A DNA stretch of 64,000 nt from Bispira polyomma (Eukaryota): contig OZ287752.1 in assembly GCA_965649765.1 (NCBI GenBank), forward strand, positions 46,128,001 to 46,192,000, read 5' to 3'. Position 1 is the stretch's first letter, and every line of letters starts with the position of its first letter. Shown in pieces: positions 24,778 through 39,680 of the stretch. The notes beneath the pieces are model-generated. The model ran no database searches. It had not been told where the DNA came from and saw only the letters and a list, made by a program, of their open reading frames with translations. Made by a program: the position numbers and the translations under genes.

Positions 24778-26303
24778 GATTATAGGATTATATAAAATGA
24801 CGTTTGCAAAGATATGGGCCTATTATTGTTGAGGGCTATCTACTTTCATCTATGTCTTTGCTTCTGGGTTAAAAATGAAAATTCATTAAATATGTAAAAC
24901 CTAGACCTTCATTGTTGTTAGGATTATATAAAATGATGTTTGCAAAGGTATAGTTCTTATTTATGGTATGATCCGTGTGTACAAAAGATGGTGTGGATAC
25001 ATGTGGATTCGCTAAATTTTTTATTGAGTAAATGAAAATGAGCCGAGATCTGTTAGAAACTGTGATTAAACTTCAAATTATATAAAAATTAAAATGGGAA
25101 AATGGCAGTTTATTACTTATAAACAAGGTCTGCGTCCTAATGGATGGATTGTATGTTTTAATTTGCATCTGGTAACAAAAATCCTGCAACCACAACTCGA
25201 CTTGAAAACGTAGGGGGTTTGAAAAATATTTTAAAATGTACTTCAAATAATTGGTTATATCTATGAAGTTGAGTGAAAAACCAAATAGAAGCAAGTACCT
25301 TGTATTTGTTTAGTATTTAATTTTAATAAAAATATTTATATTAGTGGCACAGAAAACGTGAGACGTGAGCGATAATAAAAGCTCTTGTAGACCGACTTTT
25401 CTGTCCCCGACAATGCGTTGATTCAATATTTTTATCAGTAACTTGCTTTATATACATGACAATTGTGGACACATTTTGTGATGCTGTCTCTTTAACAGTC
25501 ACCAGATTATGCAGCCTGTTGGCTGCTATATTTTCATCTTGTTATTTTATTGTAAGAATCAAACCTTTCCTTTCTTTAAAAAAAATACTCTGTAATTTTG
25601 TGAAACTTTAATTTAATACAAAATGTCATTGACTAATTTTTTTCTCAAATCAAGATCAGTATGTCTTTGGTTTTTATTTTTACCAAATTTGGTATTCAAT
25701 TTGCCTATATGTAAATGTACCTAAATCTGAACATTAGCCTCATTCTGAAAAACAAAACAGCCACCACAGGCTCATCAAAATTTCGGGATATGTTTACTAC
25801 TATAATATCTAGCTCCTGCTGAACTTTGGTCTAATTTAAAAATAAGGTAAAACTATACAGTTTTGGTATACAGTCTGCCTACAAATACTTCTAAAAGTAA
25901 ACTTTGGCCTCATTCTGAAAAAGAAAATGGCTGCCACAATAAATGCCAAACTATGGCAGCTAGCCTCACCAAATTTCGAAGACAATTTCTTTAACAATGA
26001 TGTTATATCATTCTCTGATAATCCATTACTGAGATGTATACCAAACTTTATATATAGTTTGCCTATATGTAAATTCTAAACTGAGCTATGGCTGTTTTCT
26101 AAAAAATAACATGGCCACCACGAGCAGATATAAAAAAAAGGTGTGGGGGGGGTGGGGGGGAGTGTTGATTGGGTCATTCACAATGTGTACATATTAAAAA
26201 ACATATCCTTGCCTGCACAAATTTGTCCAATTCATTTTGACAAAGTTATATTGAGTCTCACATTTATTATCAAATAATAAATAACTGTTTTTTTTTTTTG
26301 TAG

Positions 26304-26374
26304 GTGGTGAACAGTGGTATAGCAAAGCTGAAGCTTCTAACAGAATAATCATGAATGGAAACAAATACAAAAAG
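26304..26374 (+). CDS. HEATR4: Host gene internal exon B (71 nt, phase 1-0), HEATR4-like
   Basis: Poly-T GTAG acceptor and AAG|GTAACA donor; encodes (G)GEQWYSKAEASNRIIMNGNKYKK, in frame with exons A and C. Confidence 0.72.
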
Positions 26375-28148
26375 GTAACACTAGTTTAGATAACCTATAG
26401 GAAGACAGTCATTTCTATGGCCATGTGCATTTGTCATATACAAGTATATTTTGTACAAATTGCAAATTGTACAACATGCATAATTTATGCTAAATATACT
26501 GACCCTGCTCAGTTTAATATGTATAAAACCTGTCGTATTTTCGTAGGAGTAATTTGACCTATATTTCTGGTAATACAAAAGTTATTCTTTGTTTTTTTGT
26601 ATCATAGTTGACAAACTATTGCTTCCGTGTCATTCACATTTGGTAGAGAGATCGACTTACATCAGAGGATCCCTATATTAAGGTGACCGGAAACTCATAC
26701 ATTTAAGTCACTCACAGCCACTTAACGTTACAAAATGCACATGTACACGTCTTGGTCCACTATTCACAAACTATTGCTCCCATTTCATTCAAAATTGGTG
26801 GACAGACTTACATCAGACGACAATCCCTAGGTTACACACAAAACAATATGAAATGAGAAGAAATTAAAAGTGGTCATGAAACAATTGCTTATTTCTAAAA
26901 AGTTTGCCGAATAATTTGCAGTAAAATGTAGCAGCGCATGAACTTCATTAAGCGTCCTGTAAAGGTGTTTATAGGAGAAAGTTTACGCATTAAGCCAATA
27001 CAAAAGGTGTGAGCTAAGGCTATAGCTCAGCAACCACTGGGTGGATTCTCTTCAAATTTGGCACATGTATGCAGTAGCCCTGAGGAAAAAATTTGATTAG
27101 GGTGTCATCACATTTCGACCAATCAGAGAAGTCGCATGACCAAAAACACGTTTTTTAAAGGCGTGTGCTTGTCCGGATAATAACTTTACGCAAGCGCTTT
27201 ACCTATTCTCATGAAATTTATATAGGTAGGTTTCTTATATGGATGTCTGGCAGTAGAAAACTTTGGGAAGTGATCCGATACAACATAGTTGACTTATTAA
27301 CAATTAATTAAACGTTACAATTTTTTCGAAACAAAGAAAATGAAAAATCCTCAAATCGGTGCAAGATAGAGCGATTTCGACTGAATTTTGGGTCCAGGAA
27401 AAATATTCAGTCTACCCAGTACTCAGCAACTTGCCCAAAAATTCAAAATTTAAAAATTCAAAATTCAAAATTTTCCAAAAAGCCAAAATTTTATAAAAAA
27501 AGAAAAAAAAAAAGAAACTTAAAAAAACAAAAATCAAAAAAGTCAAAATTTTTTAAAATATTAAAAATTATTTGAAAAAGTTAATTTTTTTTTTTTTAAT
27601 TTTCTTTGAGTCTTGGCTCTATGTCTTTCAGATTTGGGTGGATATAACCAGGGAGTTTGTGAATATTAGGCTTTCTTTGAAAAGGTGACGTCATTTTTTA
27701 ATTTTTTCCCTTTGATGTTTCGAAAATCTGCATTTTGTAAACGTATAATAACAGCAAATTAAGTGAACAAATTAAGTGACCTGATCAACTCCCGTCTCTC
27801 TTGACAAAAATCAACGGGGTTACCAATATAGCTAAAATTTTAAGATTAATACGTCCATAAAGAGTAATTAATACACTTTTTGAACCTTTTACAAAACTAA
27901 ATTCCATTCCATATTCACTGAGATGTACACATTTTATAAGATAAAAAATGGCTGTGTAAAATACAGCCAACATATATATTGCCTCACGCGACTCATAAGT
28001 TGGGTATTAATGCGCATGTTCAGAATATCATGTGACCATTTTATGAATAGAGTATATTAGTATCTTGGTTAATCAATGAAAATGCGGCACCAGTTGTTCG
28101 TTGAAAAGCCAAGTACAATTTAATTACCCAATCAGAGAACTGCTACTC

Positions 28149-31100
28149 TTATAGCGAAATACTTCTACTATTTTTAATATAGCTATTTGTTGGAGCCATC
28201 CAACCCATTGGCCAATGCAGACATGCGAAAATTAAGATATAGCACTACTTTAACTAGGCAATGGGCATATACAGTAGTCTGTCCTCCTGCCAATAGGGTC
28301 ACATGACTCTTTGTATACTTCATTAGGCGTCCCGTAAGGGCGCTTGTTTGTATATAGGAGAAAATTCTCCCGTTTTTGGTCATGTGACTTCTCTGATTGG
28401 TCGAAATTTGATGACATCATATTGAAAAATTTTCCCCAGAGCAACTCTATGCATGTGTCAAATTTAAAGAGAATCCACCCAGTGATGGCTGAGCTATAGC
28501 CAATAGAAAAGGCGTAACAAAAATTGTTTCCGTGTAATTTTTTTTTTTTTTTGTGCAATTTTTTAAAATTTTTTGTGCAATTTTTTTTTTCGGCAATATT
28601 TTTCAATTTTTGTTTTTTTAATTTTTAAAAAATCGCTTTCTGTCACCATTTTTGGCGGCCAACTTGAATTTCTGCATTAAACGCAAAAACACGTTTATCT
28701 TGGAAACTGTGCCAGATAGAGCAATTTCGGCCGAATTTTGGGCCCAGAGGGTATATATGTAGAAAATCACTCAATGTCTTATTTTCGTTTCATTTGCAAA
28801 GCAGTTATTTTTGTTGGCCATCAACAGTGAGGTCCATTTTTCAAAATATTTATAGTTTAGAGGTTTTTTTTATCTTTTTAAGATTTTTAACTCCGTCTTT
28901 TCAACTAATAATAGTTGTATCTATAAGGGAATGAATTCTACAACAGATGCAGAGAGATTCCCCTTTTTTAGTGGTCTATTTTCACGAGAATGTTCCATAT
29001 TTGGGATTGAATCTCAAGTTAAATTTCACCCTGATCAAACTTGATTCATGGCTTTGAGTTTAACAGGATATGCTACAAAATAATATTTAGGCTAGCTTAT
29101 TGACTTAATTTTCTTTAAAAGCAGTCTTTGCCAGCCATTTTTGTTACAAATGAAGTATTTCTACCAGCGAAGATATGACTTACAAGGTCTCGTCGTGAAC
29201 ATTCTTACTATTGACTAGGAAGTGATGGGAACAGGAGAAAAGTGACAAGGATGATCCAATCGTTGACTTAAATATTAAGCAATTTTTGGCGGCCATATTA
29301 AGTCAGAAAGGGTTTTTCTCTGAAAGGTTAAAATTCTGTTGAGAAAACTACTGGAGACTTAACACCACAGCAATCTTCAAATGGGTCTCTGGTTGTCATT
29401 GGCACCGAGGTACCCGTCTCATCTCAACAAGAGAACACTTAGTCGGAAGGTCCGACTGCCTGAAGAGGTCCTCTACTGGTAAAATGGGAACTCCCACTGA
29501 GGATTACTTTACTAGTACAGGTTCTAGCTTGTCCAAGGGCAAGTGCTACGGATGATGTAAACAGAGCTTCAGTACCACCAAAAATATTATTTTTTAAGGC
29601 GAGACAGAAGTTTTAGATGTTTACTGACAAGGTTGACTATTGCTTGACTTAATGTATTGAGCAGTCATCTTAAGTCACATAGGGTTTTTCTATAATACAC
29701 TTAACTATTAAAAAGACTTCCAAAGATATGTCATCATACTCACCGTCCAAAGTCTCCTTGGTTCCCTTTGACAATGGTGTGGGTCCTACATCTCAAGGAG
29801 GGAGAATTATGGGGAAGATTTATTACTTCATGAAGGTTTATATGATTCTGGGGTGCCAGAGGGGAGTCCTCAATTTTAATCTAAATAGGTAGAAATCTTG
29901 TCTGCAGTTAAGAAGTGGCTGCACTTTGATTTCTGACATGGACATCATTATAGCCCTTCAGTTTTCTCACAAGTCACACATTAAGAAGTTGGCTCAGGCT
30001 TCTTTAGTTTTGCCACCAGCTGAAAATTTAATGAAGGTGTGGGGTTTTAAGGTGTTGCAGCCTTTAGGAAGAACTCCTTGACTAAAGAACACTTTATTTC
30101 TTTTTTTGATAGCCCAGCTTTGAAATGGTACCAGGTCTCTCCACAACCTTATTATGATGAGGTCCCTACGATTCAGGATGCGTTTAGGTACACAGCTTCC
30201 TCTCTTTATCAAGCTTCTTCAAGTTTTCTCTGAAAAACTGTATGCTTTGTGCAAAACTGTGAGTAGAGACGACATTAGTGTTCTTAATCACATCTACTGG
30301 TTCAATTCAGCCAATACCACATCTATTGCTGACATTCAGAACAGTAGGCTTAAGTCACTGGACTCAGAAGAAGACTTTGACATTGCTTTGAAGGTTTCAA
30401 GGACTGTATTCACTTTAAGGTTTCCATCAATGGTTCTTTGGAGAAAGCTATGTTTAAGTTTGATAAAAGCTTCAATGTCCATCAAGATATGGGTTTAAGC
30501 AAAAGGGATTTTTCCTGAAGTTGTGTTCTAATGTGTTAATGAGGAAGATTCACAGAAGCTCACATTTTCATCCTTCATACAAGCTTCAGTGTCCATCAAA
30601 ATATGGGATTAAGCAAAAGTGATTTTTCCTGAAGTTGTGTTCTAATGTGTTAATGAGGATGATTCACAGAAGCTCACATTTTCATCCTTCATGTCAGATG
30701 AGTTTTGTGTTCCTGTGTAGAAGTTACCTAAGATCCCACTTAACTATTTTCATTGGTCACATGGGAATAGAGATTCCTGTACTCCACATGAGCCACACAT
30801 ATATTTTCTTTTACATATCCTCATCAGAGGATACTAAGGTTTAGCATAGAGGTTCTTTCGTCCTGACAGGGGATAGTATAGCACCTCAGACTAAGCTTCC
30901 AGAGGTTGTGGATACTACTCTACAGCCAGGGTTTCCTTCAGAGGCACTAAAAAAAAGTGACTATCAGTTCCAGGAGGCAGTTTGTCTATTTATTGGCAGG
31001 TATAGCAGCAAGAAAATTGGAACGATGTGCCTAAAATATTTTGTAAAAAATGCAAATTTTAAAGGAAGGATATTGCCTGAATTTAAACATTTTCTATTGT

Positions 31101-34100
31101 TGTCAAATTATGCGAGGATTTCAAGAAAATATTTCGGTCGAGAGAAACAGCAATTTGGATGAAAGCCGTTTACCAAATGATCGACAGAAACGCAATATTT
31201 CCAGTACAGAAGAGTATTGCCTAATTTTGTTCCAAAAACTGGCAGGAAATGGGGTCCAGAGATAAATTTTAAGTCAGGTAAACTAGTACTTATTCATTCC
31301 GAGGTTCTAGAGGGAAATTGTGGAAATAATTCGAAATTCGCCGCAGCATATTTAGATGCATATTTCCATTTAGCTATACCTCATATACGTCCAAGGTACT
31401 AAAGATTCTTCGTAGGTGAGATGTCTTACCAATTCACTTCACAGTTACACCCTACTACTTACACGATTGCCTGTTAGGATTCAAGGCAAGAAGTCGATAG
31501 AGGTCGATTTTCAAGGGCTGCTACATCTTCTGCAAAAGGCTAGGATAGGTGATCAGATTCAAAGATTCCGAACTAATACTATCTTAAAAGACCGTTTTTC
31601 TGGGATTTTGGCTTGACTTACAAAACGTAGTAGTCTTTTCGACTGAGGAAAAGATCGATTTCTTACAAGGAAACATTGTTTCTATGTTGAAAGTTCCAAT
31701 AACAACTTCAAGGAGGCTTATGTCTCTTGTTGGGAGCATGGCTTCAGTGGAGAAGACCATACCGCAGGGTCATCTGCATATGAGGCCGTATCAGTGGTAT
31801 CTCAAGATGAATTGGAAGTTCCTTTAGTCGCTGGATATTCCAATTCCTCTGAGTCTGGTCATAAGGTCGCATTTGGAATGGTGGACAAAACTTCCAAATC
31901 TGTTGAAGGGTTCACCACTCCATCAGAAGGAGTTCAACCTTCTTCTGTTCACAAATAATAAAAAAAGGGCTAGGGTGTTCATCTGAGCTATCTAGCAGCA
32001 ACTGGTCTGTGGAATCAGGTAGAGACAAAACTTCACATAATCAATTTGGAGTTAACATTCTAAATGAAGAAATATTAGTTTCCACAGACAGCTCCACTGT
32101 AGTATCTTACCTCAATTAGGAGGGGGTAACACATTTCATGGAAATATGTGTTCGTGTGTGGGGGATTCTGGCATGGATGAATGCCAGAGGCATCCAGGTA
32201 AGAGTCAAGCAGACTCCAGGGAATTTGAATGTTTTTTGGCAGGTGCTCTATATCAAAGACACAGGGTGATTCAGACCGAATCGTCTCTGAATCCTCAGAT
32301 TTGTCAGATGATTAGTCACATTTGATATCAACCTGTGGACAATCTGTTTTGCGACAAATCATAATTTCAAGCTGCCAGTCTATGTCTCGTCTGTTCCAGA
32401 CAGTGAAGCTTGCAAAATAGATGCGTTGAACATCTTTTGGGAGGATCTGGATGCCTATGTCTTTGTCCAGTGGCTCTCATACCTCAGGTGGTGCAAAAGG
32501 TATTTACTTACAGGTGCAGGGTAATATTGATTGCACCAGGGTGGCCAGGGATACTGTGCTTTCATAGAGTTGTCCACAAAGCCACCAATGAGGCTTTTGT
32601 TGTGGTGGAGTCTGTCTGTTCTGCAACAAATTTCACAACGTTACAATGAACAATCTGGAATATTCGAATCTTCATGTTTGGCACTTACTGTCAGAGCTGA
32701 AGATTCACAAATTTAAACATGTTCACTTACTAAGGCTCTTTTGAGCCTTTAGGTAAGGCATCCGTTAAGTTTTTGACTTACAAGACTGTTTCTCTTTTGG
32801 CCTTGGTTTCTGGCAAAAGAAGAAATGACACATTCTTGGGACTTATATTTCTTTAAGTTATGAGGGGAATTAGTCTCAGGTTACTTTTTCATCATCGCCA
32901 GCTTTGTTTAGCAAAGAACCAATTGGCTTTTGATGGTCCACATGTTATAAAAGAAGTGCTCATTCCAGCTTTGAAAACTCAGTTACATAGGAGTTTAGTT
33001 GAGGATAGGTCACTTTGCCCTGTGAGAGCTTAAAAAGTACTACCTAGATAGAACCAAGCATCTTAGGCAAAATAAGAAAACTCTGGTTTGTGGCTATTAA
33101 GCAAGGTCTTATTAGCATACGAAAAGTCAGACAGTGAGCAACTTTATCAAGTGAAGGTACATGATATTTGTATCTATGGCTGCATCTTTGGCTTTGAAAG
33201 GGGGGCATTTCTTTGGATAAGTTTTTGAATGCTTGCTATTGGAAATCCAACAATACTTTCACCAATTTTTATCTCTAAGACCTCAGTTGGCATAATGGTC
33301 AAATGCTTCAGTTGGGTCCAATTGTGTATGGTGTAACAATATAAGTATGTCATTTTATGTTCATATGATATGTTTACACTTATGTTTGTGATCATTGCAG
33401 TGCTAACATTAGTAGTATGTAATTTTCATGCTCATATGTTTGCATCTATGTTGGAATGATTACACTTGTAACATTATTAATATGTAATTTTATGCTCATT
33501 TGTCATGGTTACATCTATTATGATTATATTACAAAAAGTTTTCATTGGTATCAATATTTAGTTTATTCTTTTATCCATTGTAGGATGAATGGCCTATAAC
33601 AGTTTCTACATAGTCATTTGGTTTGACTCCTGAGTGGAGATCTATGATGCTCCTATTTGCGGATAACACTTTCACTTTAGAGTCAAGGCAGTTGTTTGTG
33701 GTGGTGGTCTGTACATATGTACATAAATTGAACAGTTTCTACCTGTAGATTTTCAGATCAGCTTTATACCTTGCCTCTTGTAAGGTATTGTGCATTTTAC
33801 CTCATGTTGCTTATTGTTGCTATGATAGATACATACATTTTCAGCATGGTATTCTAAGCCCTAATAACCAAGCTTGCTGGTGTGGTTATGTAATGGGTCT
33901 GTTTTTATGGACTATGCATACTGTTGATAAGGTGATAGGGGTTCTCAGTAAAAGAATCCCCTCCATCTAATTAGGCTGGATTTAGCTATATTAGGAAATG
34001 GTAGTAGCATTTCGCCATAAAATTGAAATTTTTTATATTAATTTAAATTTTTATTAGAAATAAAATAGCATTTCCTAATACATAAATTCCCTGCCGCCAT

Positions 34101-34334
34101 CCCCGCATGTAATTCTTTTACTTGTTTTACAACAAAAATAATGAAGTATACAAAGGGTCATGTGAGCCTATTGGCGCGAGGACAGACTACTGTATATGCC
34201 CATTGGCTGGTTAAGCCGGCGCTATACTTTAATTTTTGCATGTCTGCGTTGGCCAATGGGTTGGATGGCTCCAACAAATAGCTATATTAGGAAGTATTTC
34301 TAATAAAAATTTAAATTAATATAAAAATTTTCAA
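28149..34334 (+). mobile_element. Decayed DIRS1-type YR retrotransposon (family A, copy 2)
   Basis: Left ITR 28149-28325 (split by an insert at about 28326-28805); right ITR 34130-34293 plus right extension 34295-34334; ICR 33984-34062 complementary to both termini. Gag, RT (YLDAYFHL), RH, MT (WEDLDAY) and YR relics. Confidence 0.9.
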
Positions 34335-34699
34335 ATCTATGTTAAAGTTATATATACAACAGTCTCTGACCTTTTACTCGAACCGTAAATGACGGGATCT
34401 TGTCTACAGATAATCAAAAGGTAAAAAAAAAAACATTTTATCTTAATCGATTATATAACTTGGTTTCAAATCTAGCACTTGAAATATAAATATAAATATG
34501 TTTAATTGCTTTTATTCTACGTCATGTTGGATCACATGTCCATGTATTTACTAGTAGAAATGAAAAATCCCGACACTACCTAAGCTGATTCCCCTTTAGT
34601 ACACACCGTTATATGTAGGTCACACACCTGAACAACAATAGAGCTTCCACCCATTGTCTTTAGTACAAAATTTACCAGCAAAAAGTATAAAGTATTTTG

Positions 34700-37260
34700 T
34701 TTTTGTATTCAATTTTCACTGAGTTTTCATTTTTGTATTTAATCTATCATATTATAAATATAAATGAGGATGAATCTTCTTCTGCATCTTCGAGAGTTTG
34801 TAAAACTAGAAAGTGCCTAACATGTGGTTTGTTCCTGCCTAACTGGGATGCCCATCACTCTTGTCCAGTTTACAGGGCTGGTTTGAGAGGCCCTAATACT
34901 TGTGTGTTGAATAATGCTAATAAGTGTAGTGTCCGTAAAGGTTTCACTCCTGATCAAGTCAATATTTGCAAAGATAAGGCAAATTTGAAGAAGTTGATGA
35001 TGCCCTGTTGAATGACAATTCAGCTGGGTTGTCAGTGCCTAAGTCTATGTCTGAGACTTTACTTGGGTTGATGAAAGAGGTGAAAGCTCTGTCACACAGG
35101 CTCGATGTCAGAGAGAAAAGGGAGGGTGTTCATAAGAAATGTTCCAAGAAGTCTGCCAAAACGTCATCAGATTCACAGGTTAAGTCAAAATCCTACCTCC
35201 TGGCCTCAACGGTTTCACAGAGGATTGAGACTTAAATAGATGAAGTTCCTGATTCTGCATCTACATCTACTGCCAAGTCTTTAAAAAAGAAATCTTGGGG
35301 TGAGACTTCAACTGCATCAGAAAAGCCCAACGGTCTCTGGTCTATCCAGATAATCATCATCAGTCGAATGCTGAAGTCCAGGCTACTGGTTCTACTGTTG
35401 TAACGGAGGGGACCAGATTCATCACCGTCTGAAGATCGGCAACTTTCTCCTGCAGATTCGGGTCTTTCTGTGAGACATAAGAGGGATATGTCTGTGTCAC
35501 CAGGGTCAGGACTCACTATTTGATCTGTCATATTCTGAGTTATGCTGAATTTGCAGACAGAACAAATGGATTCAAGCATTCGTCCTTCTGTGTTTGCAAA
35601 AAAGTGCTAAAAAAATCATCATTGGCACAGTCTTTGGCCTTTCCACTTGTGCAAGGCTTGAAGCATATATGGGACTATAAAGCAAGCCAGCATCAGGGAG
35701 AGCCCAGATGGCTTGGTGGCGAAGGAGTTCACAGAAAGTAGGTCAGTTCCAAAGTAGTTTCTGAATATCAAAGCTCATTGAGAAATTCTGATTCTTCTGC
35801 GAAAGAGGTGTTTCCTACTACTTTACTCAACAAGGTAGAACAGTATCATATTTAGAGGTTGCATGTTCCATCATCTCCGGCTAAGAGACAGAAGAAAGAC
35901 TTCATGCCCAGGAATTATGATAGAAGAGAGAAGGATAGGTCTTCTTATTCTCACTCTCAAAGCCAGTCTTATAGCCAGAAGCAGTCAAATTCGGGATTTC
36001 GTCCCTTTCATCAAAGTCAAAGCCAGGGGACCCCAGGGGCCTATGGGGTGTGTCAGGGTGGATCCTTTAAATGCTCTGGCCGATAGCTAAAGGTCGACTG
36101 ACGGATTTTGCTCAGGTATGGTTACAAAATCAAGTTTATCCCAAAGTTTTTTGAATTCTAAGAAACAGTTACTGCATAGATTTTCAACAAATGCCATTGT
36201 TAAACCGAAAACCATTTATCAACAGCATTTTTGCAAATCCAGTAAAAAATCTACTGTCAAAGCAGGCAGTGCTAGATATGGTGCGAAAAAATGCAGTAAT
36301 ACTGGTCCGGAAGTCAAATTCTGTGGGTTTTTACAGTCAAATCTTTCTAGTTCCAAAGCCAAACAACAAATGGCAACCAATGACAGATTAAAGTATTTTA
36401 AATCAGCACTTAAACATGCCAACTTTGAAGAAGGAAACAGCATAATCGTAAATTGCTTAAGATAGGTGGATGCGTATTTCCATTTTCTAATTCCCCTTTA
36501 TCTTCAGAAGTACCTACGTTTTCAGGTTCAAGGAAAAGTTTATCAGTTTCAAGCTCTTCAGTTTGGAATTGCAATGGCACCATTAGAGTTCACCCGAGTG
36601 GTAAAGGAGGTAAAATTGATGGCACATTCTCAGAATCTCAGGATTCATCAGTATCTAGATGATTAGATACTGCGATCAGAGTCGGCAAGCTAGTGAATGA
36701 TAGTTGCTCGAAATATAATGGCTCTGATCCAGTCTTTGGGCCAGTTGATAAATTTAGAAAAATCAGAGTTAGTGCCAACTCAAAGCATAGATTTTCTGGG
36801 TTACTACTTTAATCTGCGAGAAGTGTTGTATATCCCACCGAGAAGAAGTTAACAAAATTTCATGAAATCATCGTTTCCATTCAGAAGGTCATTAAACATG
36901 TCAGCTAGAAGTGTTATGTCTTTTATAAGAATGTTAGCTTCTCCGGAGAAAATGGTTTCTCTAGGGAGGTTACACATGAGGCCATTCCAATGGTATCTCA
37001 AGAACTATTGGCATGTACCTCTCTCTCTGGACAGATTGTTTCAACTAAAAGCAAGTCTTATAGAGCATTTGGAGTGGTGGGAAAGCCTATCCAATCTTTT
37101 GAAAGGTGCTTCTCTGCATCTTCAGGTGTACAATGTGCACCTGTTCACAGATGCTTCACTGAGAAGGTGGGGAGTTCATCTAGGGGATCGGGGCTTATGG
37201 AATTTTGTTGAATAGGTTTGCACATAAATCTCTTGGAACTCAAATCAATGTTTCGAGCTT
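34700..37260 (+). mobile_element. Decayed DIRS fragment (family C: gag, RT, start of RH)
   Basis: RKCLTCGLFLPNWDAHHSC gag finger; GFYSQIFLVPKPNNKW, DAYFH, ALQFGIAMAPLEFTR, HQYLDD, LFTDASLRRWG. Confidence 0.88.
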
Positions 37261-37599
37261 TGAGGGAGTTTCACAGTTCTCTGAAATTGCTCTATCAATT
37301 GCTCTATCAAATCTATCAATTGGTACAACTCACTCCGTCGGAAGTCAGCTCGGTCAAAACAAAAAATTCAGACACTACCCAAGCCGACTCCTTTTAGTAC
37401 ACACTGTTATAAAAGTGACACATCTAAACAACAATCGAGCTTCTGGCCATTGTCTTGATTACAAAATTGACCGCCAATGAGTACACAGTGTTTCAATTTC
37501 GGAGATTTTTATTTTAATTTGTCGAATGGTGTGTCAATACAATACATCATAAGTTTGACTTGCTAGGCGTATCACCCACCTCCGTCAGTAAAGCATAAG

Positions 37600-39680
37600 T
37601 TTACAAATCAACAGTTTATTGATCAATTCACAAAGACCCTAATTCCTGTTCTGGCCAGGTCAAAAAATGTTTTAGTGGTGGGGGACTTCAACATTCATGT
37701 GAACGATAAAAGCAATTGAGACTCTGTCCTGTTAAGAAACTGGTAAACAGCATTTGGATTAGTGAATCGTGGTAATTTTCTAACCCATACCAGTGGAAAT
37801 TTGTTGGACCTAGTACTTAGTAAATTTAAACAGCAGCTTAAGATTTTATCTGTGGAACCTGGTGTATGCCTGTCTGACCATACAGAGGTAATATTTTATG
37901 TTGATGAAGCAAAGCCGACTTTAATCAGGACTGAGTCAATCATAAGACACCTACACAAAATACCATTTGAAAAATTCAAGAAGGAAATAAAAGAACTAAA
38001 AATAGATCTGGAAGCTATCCATGATCCAGATGATTTAGCATGTCATTATTCCACAAGACTTTGTAAAATACTTGATAAACTAGCACTACAAAAAAGAGTT
38101 ATTATAACCAAACATCAAAGATTTCCATGGTTTACTGCAGAATCCATCCAACTTAAAAGAGCTGTGAGACCGAAAGAAAGAAAATGGACACATAACAAAA
38201 CAGAGCAGACAAGGATTACACAGAATTACGCAATAGATATGCAAGACACTTGTGGCACAACAAACGTATAATCATAACAGAAGAGGTACAAAAATGTAAA
38301 AAAGTTTAAAAAAAAACTGTATAAACTTGTGAACAACTTAACTGGACGTGTGGGTGGAAATCCGATGCCAAAACATGATACAGCTACCAACCTGGCAAAC
38401 AGATTTACAGACTTCTTTTTGTCAAAAATTGAAAAAAATCAGGAATGATTTATGCAGTACACCAGTATATGGGTCAAGAGTAAGATGTAAATCAGTTACA
38501 TAATTTTAGAGAGTTAACAGACTCTGAAATTTACAATATGATTATGAGCATGAAGGTGAAGTCTTGTGAACTAGATCCTATACCCTAATCTATCCTATCC
38601 TAAAACTACTTAAGACCACGTGGCATGAAAGTGAAAGTAGGTGATCAATACTCAATAGTCAGAAATACCCCATTTGCTGTCCCCAGGGAAGTTGTTCAGG
38701 ACCATACTTGTATCTATCTTATGCCAGCACCCTAGAGGACGTAGTGCCTACTGATATGGGGGTATTATCAGGATTCGCAGATGACCATGGCCTACGAAAA
38801 TCATTTAGTGTTAACAATGTAAATGAAGAAGTCTGTGTTATTGAGGGGCTACACAACACACTCTGGATAGATTCAAATAAACTTTAAATAAATTATCCGA
38901 AAATAGAGTTAATCTTTTTGGATACAACAAACACTTGAGCAAATGTTCTACATCCCATATTACTGTGAATGGAAAAAGGGTTGAAAGATCATCAACCATA
39001 AAGTATTTGGGAGTAACTCTGGTGACACATTGTCCCTGCAACAGTATATTAGTCTGAAGTTTCAAAAAGCAGCCTACAACCTCCACAACATCAGGTTAAT
39101 TCTAGCATCTTTAACAACTGAAGCATGCAAAAAAGTAGTGTATAGCCTTGTTCTATCCCATCTGGACTATTGCAATGGTATCTTCATGGCCTTGCCTAAG
39201 AAAGAGAAAAGTCAGATGCAAAAATTGTGGCAGCAAAGCTTGTGCTCAACTTAGACAAGTACAGCAGTAGTTCACAAGCACTAATGTCACTCCACTGGCT
39301 TACAATTCGCTACAGAATATTGTTCAAAATTTTGCCAATAGTCCATAAATGTATTCACCAGAAAGCACATATTTACAGAAAGATATTTACAGAATCTAAT
39401 TTAAGAAAAAAGAGATCCTGTTAGATCAAAGAAATAGTACTATCTATTGGATGTTCCAAAAACAAGACAAGGACATTTGTCAACTGCAGTTTTAGTGTAT
39501 TTGGGCCAAAGTCATGGAACTCTCTTTCCAGACTACCTCAGAAAAATGGACAGCCACAACCTATTTCAGAAAAACAGCTAAAAACTCATTTATTTCAGAA
39601 GGCATTTTTGTAAAGGGCCCATAGAATACAGATTTGTTTTTTTTATGTACCAGTTGAGTGCTATATAAGATATTTATTAT
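37600..39680 (+). mobile_element. Decayed, internally deleted L2-clade LINE with 3' end
   Basis: VVGDFNIHV, THTSGNLLDLV, SDH, PWFT, KSCELDPIP, PQGS, FADD, LSHLDYCN, LHWL, KTHLF; tail GTGCTATATAAG...TTATTATT. Confidence 0.9.
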
